Shown one piece after another: positions 58,115 to 64,000 of a DNA stretch of 64,000 nt; the first letter of the stretch is position 1, and the number at the start of each line of letters is the position of its first letter. A model generated the notes under the pieces. That model did not search any database. It was not told where the DNA came from and saw nothing but the letters and a program-made list of their open reading frames with translations. The stretch lies in the NCBI GenBank assembly GCA_963827085.1, contig CAWGZY010000007.1:33615-97614 (forward strand), written 5' to 3'. This DNA is from an uncultured Bacteroidota bacterium (GTDB taxonomy: Bacteria > Bacteroidota > Ignavibacteria > UBA10030 > UBA8401). A program made the position numbers and the translations under genes.

Positions 58115-59099
58115 ATGTCAAGAACATCAATGCTTCAGATTGGCGACCAGTTTGATCACTTTCAGATTCAAGGGCACATCGCTCAAGGCGGAATGAGCGA
58201 CATATACCGTGCTTTCGACTTATTAACAAGTAAGGACGTAGTGCTTAAGATTCCTGACAAGATGTCCATCGGCGATCCAGCGCAGTACCAGAGGTTCCAA
58301 CGCGAATTGGAAGTAATGCGGACGCTGCAGCATCCGGCAATTCTTAAGGGATTGGGATCGGGTCGGTTTAACAGCACTCCGTATCTTGTCACTGAGTTAA
58401 TTGAGGGGGAATCGATGAGGGCTTTTATTGGACGAGCCGCGCCTGTTCCACCAATCGAGTCGGTCGCATTGATTCGAAAAATTGCCGATGGATTAGCTCA
58501 TTGTCATGACAATCAGATTATTCATCGAGATCTGAAACCTGAAAATATACTGATCGCGGCCGGCGGCCAGCCGGTAATTCTGGATTTCGGTCTCGCGCTT
58601 ACAAAAAAATCCTTTAGAGTCACGTATGCTAATTTAAGCAGTACCTGCGGGAACGCCGGATTACATGGCGCCCGAGCAGATCGAGGGACAGCGGGGCGAC
58701 GTGCGTACCGACGTCTACGCCGTAGGCACAATGTTGTTTGAGCTGTTGACGGGGGGGACGCCGTTCAGCGGCGATAGCAATCTTGCGGTAATGGCGCAGC
58801 ATCTGAGCGGGAGCGTACCACGTTTGGACAAGATTCAACCGAATGTTTCGCCGCAGTTAGCGGCGGTTGTTGCGAAATGTCTTCAACGAGAACCGAAAGA
58901 CCGCTACACCGACATGCATGCACTCGTGCACGACCTGGACCACCTGGAGCAGGTTGACATGTCGATTCTGGAACGTGTCACAGAGCCGTCGGCATTGCAG
59001 GCTTTTTGGCGTTCGCCGGTCTTCAAAGCAGTTGCATCGACTCTGCTTCTACTTGGAACCATAATTTTTCTTGCGATAGTTCTTAAATCCTTACGCTAA
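58115..59099 (+). pseudogene. Hanks-type Ser/Thr protein kinase with a C-terminal TM anchor, interrupted by a 1-nt frameshift in the activation loop
   Basis: Frame A (58115-) encodes GGMSDIYRA, VVLKIP, HRDLKPENIL and DFG. Frame A+1 encodes GTPDYMAPEQ, DVYAVG, the rest of the C-lobe and a TM segment. The shift must lie between 58638 and 58652, where there is a GGG run at 58649-58651. Confidence 0.8.
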
Positions 59100-60454
59100 T
59101 GGCAACTACTACTCCAACAGACGTTTCGCTTGAGCGCGTGTTGGCGCTCACTAAAGAGCACGATGTCAAATTTGTGGACCTCCAGTTTACCGATCTGGCC
59201 GGTTCGGTGAAAAACATTACCGTACCGGTTACAGAACTCCCTTCGGCCCTCAATCACGGCATTTGGTTCGATGGTTCTTCGATTGAAGGATTCGCCCGGA
59301 TTGCTGAAAGCGATATGTATCTTATTCCTGATCCATCGACGTTTGCCGTTTTACCATGGCTGAGCGGAAATGAAACGACGGCACGCCTCATTTGCAATGT
59401 GCACACGCCCGACGGAAATCAATTTCTCGGAGATCCGCGCGCGGTGCTTTCGCGTGTGCTCGACGAAGCGAACAAAATGGGATTTGTCTATAATACCGGC
59501 CCCGAGCTGGAATTTTTCCTTTTGAAACCCGATGCCGACGGCGGAGTAAACCCGCCGCGGCCGCAGGACAGCGCAAGCTATTTCGACCAGCCGACGGATA
59601 TGGTTGCGACGGGGTTGTGGCGCCAGATGGCAGGCGTGCTTTCCGCTTTCGGAATTGAAACCGAAGCGATGCATCACGAGGTGTCGACGGGACAGCATGA
59701 AATTGATTTCCGCTATTCGCATGCTCTGAAAACGGCCGACAACGCAGTTTCGTTTCGGGCGATCCTCAAGATACTTGCTCAGCAAAAGGGCCTCTATGCG
59801 ACGTTCATGCCTAAACCAATTCGGGGGATCAACGGGAGCGGAATGCATGTGCATCAGAGCTTAGGGTTCAAGGCGAACGGTTCGAACGCCTTTTCCGATG
59901 CAGGCGATTCGCATGGCTTGTCGAAAATTGCGAAACATTTTATTGCGGGCCAGCTTGCACACGCCCGCGGAATGTGCGTGGTCCTTGCTCCGCTGGTAAA
60001 TTCCTATAAGCGGCTGGTGCGCGGATTCGAAGCACCTGTGAATATTTGTTGGGGACGGATTAATCGATCTGCTCTCATCAGAATTCCGCGCGCGCATACG
60101 CCGAGCTCTACAAGGATTGAGCTGCGATGTCCCGATCCGAGTTGTAACCCGTACTTGGCATTCGCGGTCATGCTGGCTGCAGGTCTTGATGGAATCCGCC
60201 GTGAATTGCCGATACCCGATGCGACCGAAGAAAACGTTTACCTGGCACCAACGTCTCAAAGCGGAACACCGTTCAGTGTTCTTCCCGGCTCGCTGGATGA
60301 AGCTGTTTCAGAGTTGGAAGAGGACACCGTTATCCTTGAAGCGCTCGGCGCACATGTGTATGAACGGTTCATCAGCGCAAAGCGATTAGAGTGGGAAGAC
60401 TATCGCATTGAAGTAACTCCATGGGAATTGAATAAGTACCTTTCGATCTACTAA
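59099..60454 (+). CDS. glnA: Glutamine synthetase, short type I-like paralogue (451 aa)
   Basis: [28 protein letters not shown] and NPYLA motifs. Its ATG overlaps the kinase stop (TAATG). Confidence 0.92.
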   Translation: MATTTPTDVSLERVLALTKEHDVKFVDLQFTDLAGSVKNITVPVTELPSALNHGIWFDGSSIEGFARIAESDMYLIPDPSTFAVLPWLSGNETTARLICNVHTPDGNQFLGDPRAVLSRVLDEANKMGFVYNTGPELEFFLLKPDADGGVNPPRPQDSASYFDQPTDMVATGLWRQMAGVLSAFGIETEAMHHEVSTGQHEIDFRYSHALKTADNAVSFRAILKILAQQKGLYATFMPKPIRGINGSGMHVHQSLGFKANGSNAFSDAGDSHGLSKIAKHFIAGQLAHARGMCVVLAPLVNSYKRLVRGFEAPVNICWGRINRSALIRIPRAHTPSSTRIELRCPDPSCNPYLAFAVMLAAGLDGIRRELPIPDATEENVYLAPTSQSGTPFSVLPGSLDEAVSELEEDTVILEALGAHVYERFISAKRLEWEDYRIEVTPWELNKYLSIY

Positions 60455-60827
60455 AACGTTGCGCCGAAGTGTGATTCATTTTTTCCCGCGGTGTCGTTTC
60501 CGGTTTGCTTGACATCGGAAGCCCGTATGTCAGTGTCCCGCGGGATCGTCGTTTGATATCTTCCGCCTTTGGTTTTTTCCAATGTTCCCCCCCTCAGCCG
60601 ACCCAAGAAAATCATGGGAATTCCTCGTTTGTCTCGATCGTCAAAATTAAGACATTCGAAAAAGTGTTTCTTGCCAATCCGTAACGCCGTTTTTTTTGAA
60701 TCATTCTGCGTTTTGTGTTACTCTCGCCTTTAGGATTGTCCAGAGATCACAATTGCCATAAGACTCGCTTGCATCGGACCCTACAGTTAAGAATTACGGG
60801 CGACAAAGCCATTTTTTTAAAAAGAAC

Positions 60828-60856
60828 TTGACAATTCGACATAATTACTTTATATT
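60828..60856 (+). promoter_or_regulatory. Consensus sigma-70-type promoter candidate with an overlapping 12-bp inverted repeat
   Basis: TTGACA (60828-60833), 17 nt, TATATT (60851-60856). ataattacttta-N6-taaagtaattat (60841-60870) straddles the -10 box. Confidence 0.5.
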
Positions 60857-61009
60857 AGTAAAGTAATTATTAAAAATAAATAACAAAAATAAAGCTAAAA
60901 CGATATTTTGCGTTAAATATGTATTTACGATGATGCTTCCGGCTCAAGGGAAAAAATCCTTTTCAGGGCATCGGGAAAAATTGCGAAGAAAAAGGAGGAG
61001 AGTGATTCC

Positions 61010-61339
61010 ATGATGACAACTCAAACATTTATTTTTCCAGCCGGAGGATTTTTTCTTGGGATCCTCATAGGGTGCGGATTCGGATTGATTCAGAATGCGA
61101 CGTTTGCAGTCCATAAAATTCTCGGCAAAATCGATAAACTCGCAAGCGGCTGGGCCAGCATTCCGGGCTCATCAGCACGAAGCATTTTTCTCCTTGTGAT
61201 GCTCACGTTTTTTCAGGCGGCATGTACGCTTTTGTTCGGCAATAACGGCATCCAATGGATAATGTCGGCAGGAGTTGTTTTAGGCTATGTTTGGATATTA
61301 ATGCGGCAATTCCGCCAAAGAACACACTATAGTTCTTAA
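61010..61339 (+). CDS. Small hydrophobic protein (109 aa, about 3 TM segments), function unknown
   Basis: Strong Shine-Dalgarno sequence AAGGAGG about 9 nt upstream and a hydrophobic profile. No motif recognised. Confidence 0.55.
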   Translation: MMTTQTFIFPAGGFFLGILIGCGFGLIQNATFAVHKILGKIDKLASGWASIPGSSARSIFLLVMLTFFQAACTLLFGNNGIQWIMSAGVVLGYVWILMRQFRQRTHYSS

Positions 61340-61402
61340 TTGAATATCCGGATCGGATTCCCATTCATTTGAGATGATCGTAATAAAGAACCCAAAAATC
61401 TC

Positions 61403-61431
61403 TTGACAAAAAGCCCATCATTCCTTATATT
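61403..61431 (+). promoter_or_regulatory. Consensus sigma-70-type promoter candidate upstream of the Lrp/AsnC gene
   Basis: TTGACA (61403-61408), 17 nt, TATATT (61426-61431). The 9-bp inverted repeat cttgacaaa (61402-61410) / tttgtcaag (61430-61438) brackets it. Confidence 0.5.
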
Positions 61432-61506
61432 TGTCAAGTATTTTTTGAAAAAAACTAAATAATTAAACAAGAATGGCGTATTTGACGGAATATAACGAAT
61501 TGGATA

Positions 61507-61974
61507 ATGATTTTAGACGACATTGATATTACAATTCTTGAGATACTCCAAAAGGCAGGGCGGACGAGGCGAAACGAACTGGCAGAACTAGTTGGGCTTT
61601 CTTTGCCCGCAGCAAGCGAGCGGTTGCGTAAGCTTGAAGAAGCCGGCATCATTACCGGCTATCATGCAAAGCTCGACTATAAATTATTAGGGAAGGATAT
61701 CACCGCATTTGTTCTGGTGACGATGGATTCGTCGAAGCATTTTTCGGCGTTCGTAGACCATGTGAATGCGACGGATGATATTCTGGAGTGTCATGGGATT
61801 ACCGGAGAAGGTACTCACTTGCTGAAAGTGAGGGCCGAGAACACAGAGAGCTTAGAAAAACTTTTAGGGAAAGTTCAATCATGGCTTGGGGTTACAAAAA
61901 CCGCAACGAGCATGGTGCTTTCTACTTCTAAGGAAACTACAAAGATTAAAGTCCACAAGACAAAATCGAGCTAA
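61507..61974 (+). CDS. Lrp/AsnC-family transcriptional regulator
   Basis: LDDIDITILEILQKAGRTRRNELAELVGLS.PA..ERLRKLEE.GII helix-turn-helix, plus a C-terminal RAM/ACT-like domain. Confidence 0.9.
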   Translation: MILDDIDITILEILQKAGRTRRNELAELVGLSLPAASERLRKLEEAGIITGYHAKLDYKLLGKDITAFVLVTMDSSKHFSAFVDHVNATDDILECHGITGEGTHLLKVRAENTESLEKLLGKVQSWLGVTKTATSMVLSTSKETTKIKVHKTKSS

Positions 61975-62013
61975 TCACATCATTTCAACTCAATAATAAT
62001 TAAGAGGAATGCT

Positions 62014-63447
62014 ATGGCCAAAAAAGAAGGTAGCACTGCTGTTGACAGTGTGTTTAAAATAATCAAAGATAACGGCGTGAAGATGGTCGACTTGAAGTTT
62101 GTCGATTTTCCCGGCCAGTGGCAGCACTTCACGGTGCCCGTTTCTGAACTCTCGGAGGATGTGTTTGAAAGCGGGTTGGGATTCGATGGCTCAAGTATCA
62201 GAGGATGGAAAGCGATCCATGAAAGCGACATGCTTATTGTTCCGGACCCCGCGACTGTGATTATCGATCCCTTTTGTGAAATTCCGACCCTGAGCTTAGT
62301 CTGCAATGTGTTCGACCCTCTGACAAAACAGAAATATGACCGCGATCCGCGCAATATCGCGCAGAAGGCTGAAGCATATCTTAAGCAAACCGGAATTGCC
62401 GATACGGCATATTTTGGTCCTGAAGCCGAATTTTTTATCTTCGACGACATTCGCTACGACTCGAATGAGTTCTCAAGCTATTACTACCTCGATTCAGCCG
62501 AAGGAAAATGGAATTCCGGCCGCGTGGAAAATCCGAACCTTGGCTATAAAATACGGCACAAAGAAGGATACTTCCCGGTTCCTCCAGCGGATTCTATTAT
62601 GAACCTCAGGAACGAGATGACCCAGAACCTCATCGCCGCCGGTCTCCATGTTGAAGCGCAACATCATGAAGTTGCAACCGCCGGTCAGTCTGAAATTGAT
62701 TTACGTTATGCGCCGCTGGTCAACGCTGCAGACGGCCTGCTGCTATTCAAATATATTATTAAGAATACGGCCAATAAGCACAACAAGACCGTGACGTATA
62801 TGCCGAAGCCGATTTTTGGCGACAACGGTTCCGGTATGCATGTTCACCAGAGCCTGTGGAAAGCTGGGAAACCTCTTTTCTTCGGGAACGGGTATGCAAA
62901 TCTCAGCGATATGGCGATTCACTATATTGCAGGGTTGTTGAAGCACGCACCGGCGCTTTGCGCTTTAACGAATCCGACCACAAATTCGTACAAACGGCTG
63001 GTTCCCGGATTTGAGGCGCCTGTAAATCTTGCGTACTCTCAGCGCAACAGAAGCGCATCCGTTCGAATTCCCGCATATTCACAAAGCCCGAAAGCAAAGC
63101 GGGTTGAATACCGGACGCCGGATGGATCCTGCAACCCGTATCTTGCTTTTTCCGCTTTGATGATGGCAGGATTAGACGGAATCTTGAACAAGCTTGATCC
63201 GGGCGATCCGCTCGATAAGGATATTTATGATTTGAGTCCTGAAGAACTGAAAAATATACCGTCAGCACCGGGATCACTTGAAGATGCACTCAACGCTCTC
63301 GAGCGCGACCACGACTTTTTGTTGAAGGGCGACGTATTTACGGAAGACGTTATCGATGCGTGGATTGACTACAAGATGACGAAAGAGGTAAAGCCGATGG
63401 CACTCCGTCCGCATCCGTACGAGTTCCATCTCTACTACGACGTCTAA
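62014..63447 (+). CDS. glnA: Glutamine synthetase type I (477 aa, GSI-beta-like)
   Basis: [36 protein letters not shown], and [10 protein letters not shown], which corresponds to the adenylylation-site Tyr context (NLYDLPPEE in E. coli). Confidence 0.95.
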   Translation: MAKKEGSTAVDSVFKIIKDNGVKMVDLKFVDFPGQWQHFTVPVSELSEDVFESGLGFDGSSIRGWKAIHESDMLIVPDPATVIIDPFCEIPTLSLVCNVFDPLTKQKYDRDPRNIAQKAEAYLKQTGIADTAYFGPEAEFFIFDDIRYDSNEFSSYYYLDSAEGKWNSGRVENPNLGYKIRHKEGYFPVPPADSIMNLRNEMTQNLIAAGLHVEAQHHEVATAGQSEIDLRYAPLVNAADGLLLFKYIIKNTANKHNKTVTYMPKPIFGDNGSGMHVHQSLWKAGKPLFFGNGYANLSDMAIHYIAGLLKHAPALCALTNPTTNSYKRLVPGFEAPVNLAYSQRNRSASVRIPAYSQSPKAKRVEYRTPDGSCNPYLAFSALMMAGLDGILNKLDPGDPLDKDIYDLSPEELKNIPSAPGSLEDALNALERDHDFLLKGDVFTEDVIDAWIDYKMTKEVKPMALRPHPYEFHLYYDV

Positions 63448-63471
63448 CAGTTGATTATTCGCGTGTTGAAG

Positions 63472-63512
63472 AAACCCTGCCGCCGATATTTGGCCGCAGG
63501 GTTTTTCTTTTT
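63472..63512 (+). terminator. Rho-independent terminator after glnA
   Basis: aaaccctgccgcc/ggccgcagggttt 13-bp stem with 1 mismatch, a 7-nt loop and a T-run. Confidence 0.75.
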
Positions 63513-63584
63513 TCCCGGATTGCATTTCGGGCGCATTTTTTCTATTTTCATGCAGCATCGAATGTTAAACTTTTTTTGAGATGT

Positions 63585-64000
63585 ATGAGTTTTTCCCGCC
63601 TCTCCTACTCAATAGAACAACGAATTTGCCGCATAACCCTTTCCCGTCCTGAAAAACGAAACGCCCTAGATGATCTCCTTGTTGATGAATTGATTCGGGC
63701 ATTTCTTGATGCCTCGAAAGAGAGTGAAGTGAAAGTTATCGTCCTTGCGGGCGAAGGAAAGGCGTTTTGTGCCGGCGCTGATTTGTCCTATCTCCAGAAA
63801 CTGTCGGGGTACGATTTCAATCAAAATCTTGAAGATTCAAAAAATCTCATGCGGTTGTTTTACCTTATCTACACGATGCGCAAGCCCGTAATTGCCAAAG
63901 TGAACGGTGCCGCCATCGCGGGAGGATGCGGACTCGCTACCGTATGCGACATTGTTGTGGCATCGGAAGACTCCACGTTCGGATACACTGAAGTGTCAAT
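63585..64000 (+). CDS. Enoyl-CoA hydratase/isomerase (crotonase) family protein, 3' end outside the window
   Basis: Hand translation from the ATG at 63585 gives MSFSRLSYSIEQRICRITLSRPEKRNALDD...VLAGEGKAFCAGADL...KPVIAKVNGAAIAGG, a crotonase fold signature. The ORF is open to the window end. Confidence 0.88.
   Translation, partial: MSFSRLSYSIEQRICRITLSRPEKRNALDDLLVDELIRAFLDASKESEVKVIVLAGEGKAFCAGADLSYLQKLSGYDFNQNLEDSKNLMRLFYLIYTMRKPVIAKVNGAAIAGGCGLATVCDIVVASEDSTFGYTEVS

Overview
This is a 64-kb, gene-dense bacterial chromosomal segment of roughly mid-40s % GC (estimated by eye), and almost all of it is housekeeping or metabolic. I found no rRNA, tRNA, CRISPR array, transposase, integrase or phage genes. 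The gene content suggests a non-proteobacterial Gram-negative, possibly from the FCB group and Ignavibacteria-like: a BshB1-type deacetylase, BamD, a Cys-variant CcmE, FG-GAP proteins and consensus TTGACA/TATATT promoters. That placement is inference and was not verified.

Gene blocks in order:
- rho (5' end lies outside the window), then a PLP-dependent Cys/Met enzyme.
- thiolase, hbd and acyl-CoA dehydrogenase.
- An 8-gene minus-strand operon for reductive pyrimidine catabolism: PreT/PreA-like dehydrogenase, dihydropyrimidinase, beta-ureidopropionase and a class III aminotransferase, plus three embedded membrane proteins of unknown function.
- LemA and a TPM protein, DAHP synthase, and a cytoplasmic GAF-PAS histidine kinase with an unusual response regulator.
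- A second TPM protein, a CN-hydrolase, HtpX, GdhA, CapA, BamD, a thioesterase and an FG-GAP protein.
- ccmABCDEF.
- A minus-strand CusCBA-type metal efflux operon with several small Cys-rich accessory genes.
- bshB1, xseAB, dxs, ribD, a beta-lactamase-like gene, ribE, a PASTA-only protein and rpe.
- A nitrogen-assimilation island: PII, a porin, an APC permease, PP2C, a frameshifted Ser/Thr kinase, one glutamine synthetase, a small membrane protein, Lrp and a second glutamine synthetase.
- A partial enoyl-CoA hydratase at the right edge.

I found no obvious new multi-gene system such as a defence island. The observations most worth a second look are:
1. An array of ~88-bp triple-hairpin palindromic units interleaved with a duplicated gene tail, at 35.2-35.9 kb.
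2. A YHS metal-binding domain encoded in frame directly behind the cusB TGA stop, with no usable start codon.
3. A composite palindromic element inside the ccmA-ccmB spacer whose two hairpin copies differ only by compensatory substitutions.
4. A Ser/Thr kinase broken in its activation loop and translationally coupled to a glutamine synthetase.
5. A response regulator carrying a His-to-Gln pseudo-DHp domain.
6. A CxxxY (Cys-type) CcmE.

All identity counts and alignments were done by hand, and no database searches were possible.
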